The notes under the pieces: generated by a model
The model's database searches: none
The model's input: the letters and a program-made list of their open reading frames with translations, nothing else
Told to the model about the DNA's origin: nothing
Program-made: the position numbers and the translations under genes
Part shown: in pieces, positions 28,796-38,296 of the stretch
Layout of the letters: each line of letters opens with the position of its first letter
Numbering within the stretch: the first letter of the stretch is position 1
From: Cyanobacteria bacterium P01_F01_bin.150
GTDB taxonomy: Bacteria > Cyanobacteriota > Cyanobacteriia > CAKZMO01
NCBI GenBank assembly: GCA_039189765.1
Contig: JBCCYL010000004.1
Location: 1-64,000 of the forward strand
DNA length: 64,000 bases
Reading direction: 5' to 3'

Positions 28796-29551
28796 ATGAG
28801 TGAACATCGGCTCGACGAAATATTAATTGAGCGCCCCCGCAGCGGGTGGCGCAAGAAAACGTCTCGCAATACAAAATTCTGGAGACAGCTTACGGAGGAA
28901 GCTAGCACCGATGGGTTATTAAGACCGTATCGAATTAAGACTCGCGATCGCACCAAGTATCTCTCTGATAATCTAGGACCGCTACGAGGTTTTTTACAAT
29001 CCAGGGTGGGCCAGCAGTGGGATGAGGTGTACAGCGAACTATCTCAGCGGCTCGATCGCAATACCGTATCGGGGCAACATGTGATTCAACACCTTTGGCT
29101 GGAGGTCTATCGTTATGTCGAAATTATCGATGGCGTAGTCTACTCCAAAGCTGGGGCAGATGGCTGGTATGGTAGCCGGGAATTGGGGCGATGGCGTAGA
29201 GATTTTTATGTTCATCCTCAAACGGGAGTGCTGTGTGTTGTCAATCGCAAGCCCCGCCGAGCCAAACCTAAGCCTGACAAGGATGTGATTAAAATCAACG
29301 ATCGCTACCACTATCGCAAAATTAATGGGATTTGGTACGAAATTGAACTCCAGGATATTCCCCGCTTTCGATCGGTGCGGGATGTGGTGCTGAAGGTAAC
29401 GGTGAGTCCTACTATGAGCGATCGCACCCGACATCTTATTTGCCACACTTATTGGCAATTTGGAAAAGACCAATATGCAGCCCGTAAGCGTCAATGTAAT
29501 AAAAAGGAGTTGAAGCATATCTCCAAACAAATCAACACTCAACAATCTTAA
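28796..29551 (+). CDS. basic (Arg/Lys-rich) hypothetical protein
   Basis: Long ORF from ATG 28796; IERPR, TKYLSDNLGPL...VGQQWD-VYSEL, FYVHP-TG, KINGIWYE motifs; function not recognised. Confidence 0.8.
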   Translation: MSEHRLDEILIERPRSGWRKKTSRNTKFWRQLTEEASTDGLLRPYRIKTRDRTKYLSDNLGPLRGFLQSRVGQQWDEVYSELSQRLDRNTVSGQHVIQHLWLEVYRYVEIIDGVVYSKAGADGWYGSRELGRWRRDFYVHPQTGVLCVVNRKPRRAKPKPDKDVIKINDRYHYRKINGIWYEIELQDIPRFRSVRDVVLKVTVSPTMSDRTRHLICHTYWQFGKDQYAARKRQCNKKELKHISKQINTQQS

Positions 29552-29582
29552 TGATATGTACTTGTACTCGCTAAAAATTCAA

Positions 29583-29843
29583 GGGGAGGTGGCCGAAAAT
29601 GGAAAGGCACCGTAAAAACGTTGGAAAACGGTTCCCAAAAGGACAGCCGGGTTTGTCAAAGTAGGGTTTATAGCTGCATTGTGGCGTTCCCCGAAAACCG
29701 CAAACGAGCAGCGGGTTGCAGAGGCACTGAACGGAATCACCATCCAAGATGGGGGCAGTTCCCATTTGCCTACGGGTAGTAAGGAAGCGCGTTTCCTGAA
29801 AGCTGCTGACGGCTGCATGCGAGTTCGCTTCCCGTCCTCTCCA
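29583..29843 (+). ncRNA. tRNA-framed ~260-nt structured RNA (tRNA ends enclosing a group-I-intron-like insert)
   Basis: GGGGAGG/CCTCTCC-A acceptor, GCC-GAAAATGGAAA-GGC D arm, CCGT/ACGG stem, GCGAG-TTCGCTT-CCCGT T arm. Confidence 0.65.
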
Positions 29844-29908
29844 TTTATCTAAACGTTATGGTGTGTGCATCGCGCACACCATAGCCCCAACACTCTTGGG
29901 AGAGTTAT

Positions 29909-30006
29909 GGCGTTGGGGCGTTGGGGCGTTGGAAGGTTTCGAGTTTTGAATTAGGTTTTCTGCCTTCTGCTTTTATTTCTGCCTTCTGTCTTCTGCCTTC
30001 TGCCTT
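29909..30006. repeat. short tandem repeats (GGCGTTGG x3; TTCTGCC-type heptamers)
   Basis: Directly visible; the same TTCTGCC heptamers occur at 26910-26946. Confidence 0.75.
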
Positions 30007-30147
30007 TCTTATCATTTGACACGTGCTATCCAGATGATTGCTATGGATACGGTGTGATTGTGCTTTCCTTTGACAAGATTTAACAGCTATTGGTGTGCTC
30101 CGCATCTCAATGGTCTGCCTTAAAATTTGGGCCATACTCCAAAAATA

Positions 30148-31332
30148 TTAGCCGAAAACATCAGCCGGATCAGCGATCAGGACTTTGCGAACGGCGATCG
30201 CCCCCGACACCAGGCACATAATCACCGTGGCAATAAAAATATTGAGCGCCCGTTCGGTGGTCATTTGCAGCAGTAGTCCAGTAGCCTCCGCTGCTGAATC
30301 ATACAATAGATAGCTAACGATAACGCTGGGAATAAAACCAATTAGGGCCAGAACCATCGCCTCTTGGATCACAATCATTAGCAAATGGCCGTTAGTATAG
30401 CCGATGGCCTTAAGCGTGGCGTATTCGGCCCAGTGATCCGCCACATCGGTGTAGAGAATTTGATAGACCAGAATAATCCCCACCACAAAACTCATGGAGG
30501 TAAGCAGGCTAAAGACAAAGCCAATATTGGTGTTCTCTTCCCAATAGATTCGCTCTCGCAGGGCAAATTCATCCTTGGAGAAAATGGCCACATCGTCGGG
30601 GAGGCGATCGCGCAGTACGTCCACCAGGCCACTGACATCACTTCCCGGTGCCACCGTCAATAATCCAATATCCACCGTACTCAGCGTACGACTATCTTTT
30701 TCAGGCCCCAAGCGAGCAAAATAGCGAATAAAATTCTGATCGCTCATTACGATATTGCCGTTACCAGCTGCAAAATCAGTGCCCAGGCTGAAGTTGCCAA
30801 CGACATTAATTTGTTGCTCCATTAGCTCGGTGGTAATCCCTGCCTCGGTGGGACCGACTTCGGAACGCGATCGCCCATCGATCACCGTGGTCCAAGGCAG
30901 TTTAAGCGTATCCGTCTGGTTTACAATACCTGGCAGTGGCAGGACCGGATCATCTGGATTAAAGGCAATTACCCGTAGAGGAATCACCTTTTTACTATCA
31001 GGATTTTTCCAGTTGCCCACTGCAATATAGATGGGATAGGCATCCTCTACCCCATCAAATGCCTGGGCTTGATAAAGGCGACGCCGGGCGAATTGCTCCG
31101 GCACAAACATATTTTCCTTGATTTTATTAATCACCACAATATCGCCATTTAGCCGCTGGAGCAGTTGAATTTGGCTATCGTATAGGGCATTTTTAAACCC
31201 CAGGAAAATAAACATCAGCAATGCGGCAAAGGCAACTCCTCCAATCGCTGTCAGCAGGTGACGCTTGTCGTGGGTCAGGTTAAACCACGGCAGTACTGTG
31301 TAACGAGGCGGCAGTCGTAAAGGCAAGGGCAT
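30148..31332 (-). CDS. devC: DevC-type ABC exporter permease (FtsX/MacB-like)
   Basis: W-NLTHDK, VYQILYTDV, EYATLKAIGY, ADPADVF; ATG at 31332 is coupled to the upstream TAA. Confidence 0.9.
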   Translation of the reverse strand: MPLPLRLPPRYTVLPWFNLTHDKRHLLTAIGGVAFAALLMFIFLGFKNALYDSQIQLLQRLNGDIVVINKIKENMFVPEQFARRRLYQAQAFDGVEDAYPIYIAVGNWKNPDSKKVIPLRVIAFNPDDPVLPLPGIVNQTDTLKLPWTTVIDGRSRSEVGPTEAGITTELMEQQINVVGNFSLGTDFAAGNGNIVMSDQNFIRYFARLGPEKDSRTLSTVDIGLLTVAPGSDVSGLVDVLRDRLPDDVAIFSKDEFALRERIYWEENTNIGFVFSLLTSMSFVVGIILVYQILYTDVADHWAEYATLKAIGYTNGHLLMIVIQEAMVLALIGFIPSVIVSYLLYDSAAEATGLLLQMTTERALNIFIATVIMCLVSGAIAVRKVLIADPADVFG

Positions 31333-32552
31333 TAGGAAAACACCTCCGCTGGATCTGCATTCACCGCTTTTTGCACCGACACTAACCCGGAAAGACAACA
31401 CATCATTACCGTTAAAATAAGCACAAAGACAGCTCGCTGCAAAGTCATCCCCACGGGCAAGGTGCCAGCAGTGGCTTTTATGGTCAAGTCATATAGTCCC
31501 ATGGCCAGGGCAAACCCTGGAATATAGCCCAATATCGCCAGAATCAGGGCCTCTTGTAATACGATGCCAAATAGAAACCAGCGGCCATACCCCATGGCTT
31601 TGAGGGTGGAGTATTCGATCATATGGTTAGAAATATCAGTGTAGAGCACCTGATAGACAATCACTACCCCCACAATCACGGCGACACCGACCCCTAAACT
31701 AAAAATAAATCCGATGGAGGTGTTGGTCAGCCAATAGACACGTTCCCGTTCCGTAAGCTGTGCTTGGGTCATGACCGCCACATCTTCTGGCAGAATTTTG
31801 TCTAGCATATCTACCATTTGCTGCGGGTCTACTCCCTCTTCGATTTGAATTAGGCCAAAATCAATGGTACTCAGCGGTCGGGGATCAAAATAGCGACGGT
31901 AGTTCTGGTCACTCATAATTACGGTTCCGTCTGCCGCAAATCCTCCCCCCAAGCTGTATTGACCGACAATCTCCACACTGCGTCGATCCAGCTCTGTTTG
32001 GATACCGATATCCTGGGGGCCAAATTCGGGACGAGACTGGCGATCAAACGCCACCGTATCAGGTTGCTGGAGGCGTCTGAGAGTCTCTGGGTCACTTAAT
32101 TCTGGTAGTTTAAAGACCGGGTCATTCAGATTAAAGCCATAGCTAAACATCGCTCGGTTAACGCGAGTTTCAGGGTTTTTCCACTGAACGTAGCCCACAT
32201 ATAAGGGCATGACCCGTTTGACCCCTTTAATGCCAGCGGCTTGATAGATGCGTTCAATGGGGAACGGTTCGGAAGTGGTGATTTCTAAGGTCTTAGGGGA
32301 GTATAAAAAAATATCCGCGTTCATCTGCTCATAAATCTGACTAGCAGTGAGGGATAACGCACCCATAAATCCCAAATTCATAAAAACCAGCAGAACCGCA
32401 AACACCACCCCTGCGATCGCTGCCACCAGCCGAGTTTTCTCGTGTACTAAATTTAACCACGCCAATGGTGTTTTCATTGGCCCAGTGAGTCCCCATGAGA
32501 CCTTTTGTCGTCCCATCAAAGGAACCTTTAGACGCCCTAGCTTAATGTTCAC
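31332..32552 (-). CDS. devC: DevC-type ABC exporter permease
   Basis: TPLAWLNLVHEKTRL, YQVLYTDIS, EYSTLKAMGY, ADPAEVF. Confidence 0.9.
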   Translation of the reverse strand: MNIKLGRLKVPLMGRQKVSWGLTGPMKTPLAWLNLVHEKTRLVAAIAGVVFAVLLVFMNLGFMGALSLTASQIYEQMNADIFLYSPKTLEITTSEPFPIERIYQAAGIKGVKRVMPLYVGYVQWKNPETRVNRAMFSYGFNLNDPVFKLPELSDPETLRRLQQPDTVAFDRQSRPEFGPQDIGIQTELDRRSVEIVGQYSLGGGFAADGTVIMSDQNYRRYFDPRPLSTIDFGLIQIEEGVDPQQMVDMLDKILPEDVAVMTQAQLTERERVYWLTNTSIGFIFSLGVGVAVIVGVVIVYQVLYTDISNHMIEYSTLKAMGYGRWFLFGIVLQEALILAILGYIPGFALAMGLYDLTIKATAGTLPVGMTLQRAVFVLILTVMMCCLSGLVSVQKAVNADPAEVFS

Positions 32553-32553
32553 G

Positions 32554-33753
32554 TCAGTCCCCTGCTACATCAATGCGCACGTCCACCTGCAAATTGGTTA
32601 GGGCTTCCACTTTCTCACTGTCATCTAGCTGAACCCCTACCTCTACGACTCGCGCATCCGCATTTGCCGCAGGGTCATCATCCAACACATCATTTTTAAA
32701 TATCTGCCAGCCAATTTCGGTAACCTTGCCCGTCAGGGTTTCTTCAAAGGCTCCGTTGCGGCTATTAATTTCCGCCGCTTGACCGATTTCCACCAGATTC
32801 ACGTCGGTTTCATACACTTCAGCGATAACCACCATTTGCCGAGTGTTACCCAAATCCAGAATGCCATCGTTAGCGATCGCCTCCCCCGCCTCGGTCAGAA
32901 CGTTTAGAACTCGGCCATTTTTTGGAGCACGAATCACCGTCCGCTCCAATCGAGCTTCAGCCAGCTCTAAATTACGCTCAGCCGAATCCACCGCCACTTG
33001 AACTTGAGCACGACTCAAGTCCGCTTGGGCCGATCGCAACTGATTATTGGCCAGCGCCAAATCCGTGGCGCGGGCTTCTTCTAGCTGAATCAGAGTTGCT
33101 TTTGCGTTGTTTAACTCTTCTTCAATCCGACGGGTGGTGGTCGCCTGTGAGTCAAACTGCTGTTCAGCGATCGCTCCCTCTGCAAACAAACCCTCAAATC
33201 GGTCCAAGTCCTCCTGGGCCAGCTCTAGTTCCGCTTCCAATCGACGAATGGTCGCCCTCTGGGCATCCATTTCTGAAGCTTTGGGTCGATCGGCCTGCTG
33301 AATGCGCGCCTCGGCTTCCTGAATTTGCGATTGGCCATAAGCTGTTTCCGCGCTCAGACTTTGTCGGGCCTCCGCTAACTGAGACACTGCATAATTCCGC
33401 TCCGCTTTACGCTCTCCGTGACTTTCAAGATAGGCAAGAACTTCATTTTCAATAACCTCCTGCCCCTCTTTAACCTCCAAGCGACTAATCCGTTCACCCA
33501 CAGGACCGCTGATACGCACCACTTCACCTTGGGGTTCAATTCGCCCCAGAGCGACTACAGACGTCCGCTGGAGTCGGGAAGGAGGATCGCTATCCCCCGC
33601 TTGAATCTCAGAGGAACTGTCGGAGCGGGCGAGGGTAGCAGAGCGGGTCTGATGATACTGAAACGCTCCCATTGCCAGCAACGCCAACGCGATGGCACCA
33701 CCAATCCACACCGTGGCACCCATTCGTCGTTGTGTTACTTCAGGTTTGACCAT
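32554..33753 (-). CDS. devB: DevB/HlyD-type membrane fusion protein
   Basis: VVALGRIEPQGEV, coiled coil, AEVYETDV, DARVVEV, LTNLQV. Confidence 0.9.
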   Translation of the reverse strand: MVKPEVTQRRMGATVWIGGAIALALLAMGAFQYHQTRSATLARSDSSSEIQAGDSDPPSRLQRTSVVALGRIEPQGEVVRISGPVGERISRLEVKEGQEVIENEVLAYLESHGERKAERNYAVSQLAEARQSLSAETAYGQSQIQEAEARIQQADRPKASEMDAQRATIRRLEAELELAQEDLDRFEGLFAEGAIAEQQFDSQATTTRRIEEELNNAKATLIQLEEARATDLALANNQLRSAQADLSRAQVQVAVDSAERNLELAEARLERTVIRAPKNGRVLNVLTEAGEAIANDGILDLGNTRQMVVIAEVYETDVNLVEIGQAAEINSRNGAFEETLTGKVTEIGWQIFKNDVLDDDPAANADARVVEVGVQLDDSEKVEALTNLQVDVRIDVAGD

Positions 33754-34311
33754 TAGTTTATGCCTATTGCTTTGTCAGTGCGGAGATCTACGTCAAGTAG
33801 AGCAGCCAACATCTTTAGGATAAAGCGACTATCGACTTCAAGCTGGATTATCCACACAACAGATTGCAATGATAATTATTTGACAGGACTCGCTCCCTTA
33901 CCTCCCCCATTCAGGTGATATGGCCGTAGACACTTTTATTGGGAGGGAGAGTTTTTTGGGGGATGCGAACGTGTCCACACACAGACTCCTACACCAATTG
34001 TGAGCATGGTTACAATTGCTCTACTCAATCATGCTCTACGACTTTAGGGGGATGGGTCGTATGGCATTGCTGATATACTCTAAGGTGAGGTGGTGAAAAA
34101 CAACAGTACTGCTGTTTTGCCAAAGCCATATACGCCTTACACAGTTGTCGGCATGTGTTGGCACATGTTGGTATAGGACTTTCTCTCAAAAACTAAGCTG
34201 CTAAGGCTAAGTGCTCATCGTTTACTTAAGCTCATAGCGACTAGGGTCGTAAGTTCCATTGCATTGAAATGTCACCATTAAGATAGATTATGCTGCGGGG
34301 AGGCATACGCG

Positions 34312-35427
34312 TTGACCCAATCATCGAACCAAAGAATTGCCATTTCTTTAACAACCTTAATATTGATTCCACTTGTCGTTTTACTGCTAGTGGTGCTGTG
34401 GCAACTGCGCAGTCTTATTGTGCTTTTAATGATATCGGTTGTCCTTGCTGCGGCGATCGCTCCCATTGTCGAATGGGCCGAAAAATGGCGAATTCCACGA
34501 TGGCTTAGCGTGATTATCATATACCTGAGCATTATTGGTGGCGTGATTGGGATAGCTGTACTGATTGGTCCTACAGTGTTTGAACAATTGCAGCTATTGT
34601 TCCGTCAGATTCCCCTTGCGCTAAAAACATTAGTGACCGCCATTGAAGAGTGGATGGTGATGCAAAACGATGACCAGTCAGATCTCATTAACCAGGCGTT
34701 TAATCAATTTCTGGATGTTCAGGGATTAGTGAGCTGGGGAATTCGCTCAACTCAAAAGGTTGTGGTTCAGTCCGTTGGGGTGACAACCGATATTGTTGGA
34801 GGCGTCCTCAGCCTAATCTTGGCGCTATTTATATCGGGCTACATGCTGTCTGACAGTCGGACCCTGATTCGCAGTCTAACCTGTCTGTTTCCACAGCCTT
34901 GGGACGATCGGCTAATGGCTCAGGTCACGCCCATCAGCAATCGCATCGGTAGCTATGTTCGAGGCCGCATTTTAGTTTCGGCTATCCTAAGTATGGCAAT
35001 TGCCACCAGCCTTAGCATTCTTGGCCTTTCGGATTTTGCTTTGGGACTGGGTGCGATCGCTGGAGTAACGAATCTTATTCCGTTTATTGGTCCGTTTTTA
35101 GGAGCCATCCCTGCCCTGGTGGTCGCTCTATCTCAAGGCTGGTGGATGGTGCTATGGGTTTTGCTGTTGTTTATTGTTGTTCAGAACATCGAGACCTATA
35201 TCTTAGATCCGCTACTTGTTGGATCGTCCGTGGGAGTCCATCCCCTTTATCAGCTATTGGCAGTAATCGGAGGGACTCAGCTCTTGGGGATACTTGGAGC
35301 AGTCATTGTTCCCCCTTGGATTGCAGGAGCTGCGGTCCTGTTGGATAATCTCTATCTACAGCCCAAACTAATTGCGGATAAACGATTAGTCCTAAAGAAT
35401 CTTGAACCATTTCCGCCCATACAGTAG
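34312..35427 (+). CDS. AI-2E family transporter
   Basis: Multi-TM; NLIPFIGP, QNIE-YILDP, VHPL motifs. Confidence 0.9.
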   Translation: MTQSSNQRIAISLTTLILIPLVVLLLVVLWQLRSLIVLLMISVVLAAAIAPIVEWAEKWRIPRWLSVIIIYLSIIGGVIGIAVLIGPTVFEQLQLLFRQIPLALKTLVTAIEEWMVMQNDDQSDLINQAFNQFLDVQGLVSWGIRSTQKVVVQSVGVTTDIVGGVLSLILALFISGYMLSDSRTLIRSLTCLFPQPWDDRLMAQVTPISNRIGSYVRGRILVSAILSMAIATSLSILGLSDFALGLGAIAGVTNLIPFIGPFLGAIPALVVALSQGWWMVLWVLLLFIVVQNIETYILDPLLVGSSVGVHPLYQLLAVIGGTQLLGILGAVIVPPWIAGAAVLLDNLYLQPKLIADKRLVLKNLEPFPPIQ

Positions 35428-35441
35428 TAATAGTGCAGTAG

Positions 35442-35756
35442 CTAAATGCGCCCCATCATCATGGTTAAGAGGCCCTGCTGACCCAGTAGTAGCTCTCGCA
35501 GTAGAGTAACAATGCCGACGCATAGGATGGGCGTAATATCAATCCCCCCCATGGAAGGCACCACTTTACGCAGCGGCATCAAAAAAGGTTCCGTTGGCCA
35601 TGCCACCAAGTTAAATGGCAATTTATTTAAGTCCACTTGAGGATACCAAGTCAACACAATTCTTAAAATAAAGAGCAGAGTCATTAACGCTAGGAATAAT
35701 CCAATGCTCCAAGAGGCAGCAGTATAGATCGACATGGCATTCTTAATTAACAGCAT
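35442..35756 (-). CDS. YggT (Ycf19) family membrane protein
   Basis: RIVLTWYP...PTEPFL-PLRKVVP--GG-DITPI. Confidence 0.9.
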   Translation of the reverse strand: MLLIKNAMSIYTAASWSIGLFLALMTLLFILRIVLTWYPQVDLNKLPFNLVAWPTEPFLMPLRKVVPSMGGIDITPILCVGIVTLLRELLLGQQGLLTMMMGRI

Positions 35757-35867
35757 TTAAGTGCCTTTTATAATATCGTTTTGTTTTCGGGCTTCTCAAG
35801 GGTAAGGTGGAACGATAAGATATATTGATGAAGATTTAACATTGTCAATCTTAGGGTTCAGATAGTT

Positions 35868-35984
35868 ATGACGCCATCGTTAGCGAATTTTTTCTATAGC
35901 CTACTTGCAGGTGCACTTATTGTTGTAATTCCAGTTACCATCGCTCTAATCTTCATTAGCCAAGCTGATAAAATCCGTCGTTAG
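35868..35984 (+). CDS. psbX: photosystem II protein X (not in ORF track)
   Basis: Translates to MTPSLANFFYSLLAGALIVVIPVTIALIFISQADKIRR; yggT-psbX-ycf66 synteny. Confidence 0.95.
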   Translation: MTPSLANFFYSLLAGALIVVIPVTIALIFISQADKIRR

Positions 35985-36179
35985 GCTTCTAGCTGCTAAA
36001 GATTTAATCTGCCCATGCAGTTCAGTAAACAGCATTTGTTTAGAGCCGCAATCTAAGCGTGCAGGGTATAGATAAAATATGATCTATGCCCTGTTTCTAT
36101 TGGTGCAACGCCATCGAATTATCCTTAAGCAGGAATGTGACGCTACCATAGTTAAGAGACAGCCAAAAGAGGATAAGAC

Positions 36180-37067
36180 ATGATTAATTTTGGGGGCGGA
36201 ATTCCGTTTTTCCTGGGTATATTTTTGGTGTTGTGCGGTGTAGCGCTGTATGCACTGCGTTCATATCGTCCCCAGCTTGCTCGGGATCACGATATTTTCT
36301 TTGCTGCAATCTCTTCGATTAGCGGTTTTATCCTTATGTTTCAAGGATGGCAGCTAAACCCTATTCTACAGTTGGGGCAGGTGGCAATCGCTGGCTCTGC
36401 TGTTTTCTTTGCCATCGAAAACATTCGGCTTCGTGGTATCACCACAGAGCAAGCCAAACGAAATACACCCATCGTCGATGATGATCGGCCTGTTAGCCGA
36501 GATTATGACTATGAAGACGATTATGGAGCAAGGGATTCCCGTTCCCGAGGGGACTATGCTGAGTTTTATTCACGGGATGATCGAGATCGGTCCCGTCGAA
36601 TCGCATCTGGACGTTCTAGGCGGATAGAACGGGATGAGTGGAGAGGCGATTATGAGGACGCGCCTCGCCGCATGGCTCCCCGTCGTGATTGGCGTGAAGA
36701 TGAACGAAGATATGATTATGAAGATCGGCCCCGTAGACGGTTGCCACGTTCCCCCCGTCGGGAGTCGGAGCCTGCTATTGTTGATGCAACTTGGGACGAA
36801 GCACCTCGTTCCCCCAACGGTCCACGGCAGGATTCATATCGAGCCATTCCGCCTAGTCGAGAGTCTGGCCCAAATCTTAGAAGAGCAGATGGTTACGGCG
36901 ATCGCTATCCTAGCCAAAATTCCGCTTCGTCATCTCCTACCAACAAGTCCTATGACGATGAACCGCCAGTCATTAATGTGAGCTACGCTAATTATCGGCC
37001 CACTGATTCCAATTCGGATGCGGACGATGGCGAAGAAGATAACAGCGGCTACCAAGATTTCTACTAA
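36180..37067 (+). CDS. ycf66: Ycf66 family protein
   Basis: RPQLARDHDIFFA, QGWQLNPILQ, ENIRLR; disordered R/D-rich tail. Confidence 0.9.
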   Translation: MINFGGGIPFFLGIFLVLCGVALYALRSYRPQLARDHDIFFAAISSISGFILMFQGWQLNPILQLGQVAIAGSAVFFAIENIRLRGITTEQAKRNTPIVDDDRPVSRDYDYEDDYGARDSRSRGDYAEFYSRDDRDRSRRIASGRSRRIERDEWRGDYEDAPRRMAPRRDWREDERRYDYEDRPRRRLPRSPRRESEPAIVDATWDEAPRSPNGPRQDSYRAIPPSRESGPNLRRADGYGDRYPSQNSASSSPTNKSYDDEPPVINVSYANYRPTDSNSDADDGEEDNSGYQDFY

Positions 37068-37085
37068 CGTCATTTATTGCAACCT

Positions 37086-37439
37086 ATGCCTTTAATTCGA
37101 GTTCAAGCCTCCTCATCTGCGGTTGAGAAAGAAGATATTACGACATTACTACAGTCTTTATCGTCAACCTTAGCTCAACAACTGGGAAAGCCGGAATCCT
37201 ATGTCATGACCTCGTTCCAATCCGACGTGGCGATGACGTTTGCAGGAACACCAGATCCATCATGCTTAATCGAGATTAAGAGCGTTGGCACCATGGGAGG
37301 CAGCAAAACAAAAGCAATGAGCCAGACGTTTTGCCAAATGGTTGAAGAGTCCTTGGGCATTCCTAAAAATAGGACCTATATTGATTTTGTTGATTCGCCA
37401 GGGGCGATGTGGGGCTGGAATGGGGCAACCTTTGGCTAA
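37086..37439 (+). CDS. MIF/phenylpyruvate tautomerase family protein
   Basis: N-terminal MPLI (catalytic Pro), GKPESYVM, WGWNG-TF. Confidence 0.92.
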   Translation: MPLIRVQASSSAVEKEDITTLLQSLSSTLAQQLGKPESYVMTSFQSDVAMTFAGTPDPSCLIEIKSVGTMGGSKTKAMSQTFCQMVEESLGIPKNRTYIDFVDSPGAMWGWNGATFG

Positions 37440-37539
37440 GGCGGGCCATTAGGCGCAACAAAATTAGCAGCAGTTTGAACACGAGACTTCAACACTGCCC
37501 GTCTAAAGTTAATACCCGCTGAGGCAGACATAACAGACG

Positions 37540-38208
37540 ATGAAAGAGGCCATTCTTTTTGACTTAGACGGTACGTTAACAAATACGGATACCGTCCATT
37601 ATGAGACGTGGCAGGATCTTTTGCGGGACTACAGTCTTGAGATTGATCCGATCTACTACGATAAGCATTTTAGCGGTCGGATGAATAAAGATATTCTCCG
37701 AGACATATTGCCTCAATTATCTGAGGCGGAGGCGGTTGCATTGGGCGATCGCAAAGAAGCTGAATTTCGCCGACGGGCCGAAACCTCCCTTGTTCCTCTC
37801 GCTGGCCTGCTCTTCTTACTTGATTGGTGCGATCGCAACCACATCGGGAAAGCCGTCGTGACCAACGCTCCCGTGGCAAATGCAGAGTTTATGCTGCGGG
37901 TCCTGAAGCTTCACGATCGCTTTCCAATATTGATTATTGGGGAACAGGTAGAGTTTGGCAAGCCGCACCCCATGCCCTATCAAGTGGGATTAGAAAAATT
38001 AGGGGTAGATGCTTCAAGGGCGATCGCGTTTGAAGATTCACCTACAGGTATCAAATCCTCCGTAGGAGCAGGGTTGTATACGGTTGGACTTGATTCAACC
38101 CATCCAGCTCAAAAGCTCTATGCGATGGGAGCAAGCATGGTCGTTTCCGACTTTACCGATGCTGAGCTGATGAGCTTTCTGCAAACAGAATTCGGCCATC
38201 AACTTTAA
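37540..38208 (+). CDS. HAD-superfamily phosphatase
   Basis: FDLDGTL, KPHP, FEDS. Confidence 0.92.
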   Translation: MKEAILFDLDGTLTNTDTVHYETWQDLLRDYSLEIDPIYYDKHFSGRMNKDILRDILPQLSEAEAVALGDRKEAEFRRRAETSLVPLAGLLFLLDWCDRNHIGKAVVTNAPVANAEFMLRVLKLHDRFPILIIGEQVEFGKPHPMPYQVGLEKLGVDASRAIAFEDSPTGIKSSVGAGLYTVGLDSTHPAQKLYAMGASMVVSDFTDAELMSFLQTEFGHQL

Positions 38209-38268
38209 CGGTAGTGTAGGCACTCCGCGCCACACTACCGTTTTTGGGTTCGTCTTAAAACGAAACCT
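38198..38268. repeat. REP-like palindromic dispersed element
   Basis: CGGTAGTGTAGGC...GCCACACTACCG with the TTCGTCTTAAAACGAAACC flank. Confidence 0.7.
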
Positions 38269-38296
38269 TGCTATTCAATATTTTGGGAAGGTTAGT

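Noticed and set aside
29583..29843. Canonical tmRNA (ssrA) call
   Set aside because: It has a paired D arm, is short, and the ANE... frame has no stop codon within the RNA. It is kept as an unclassified tRNA-framed RNA.
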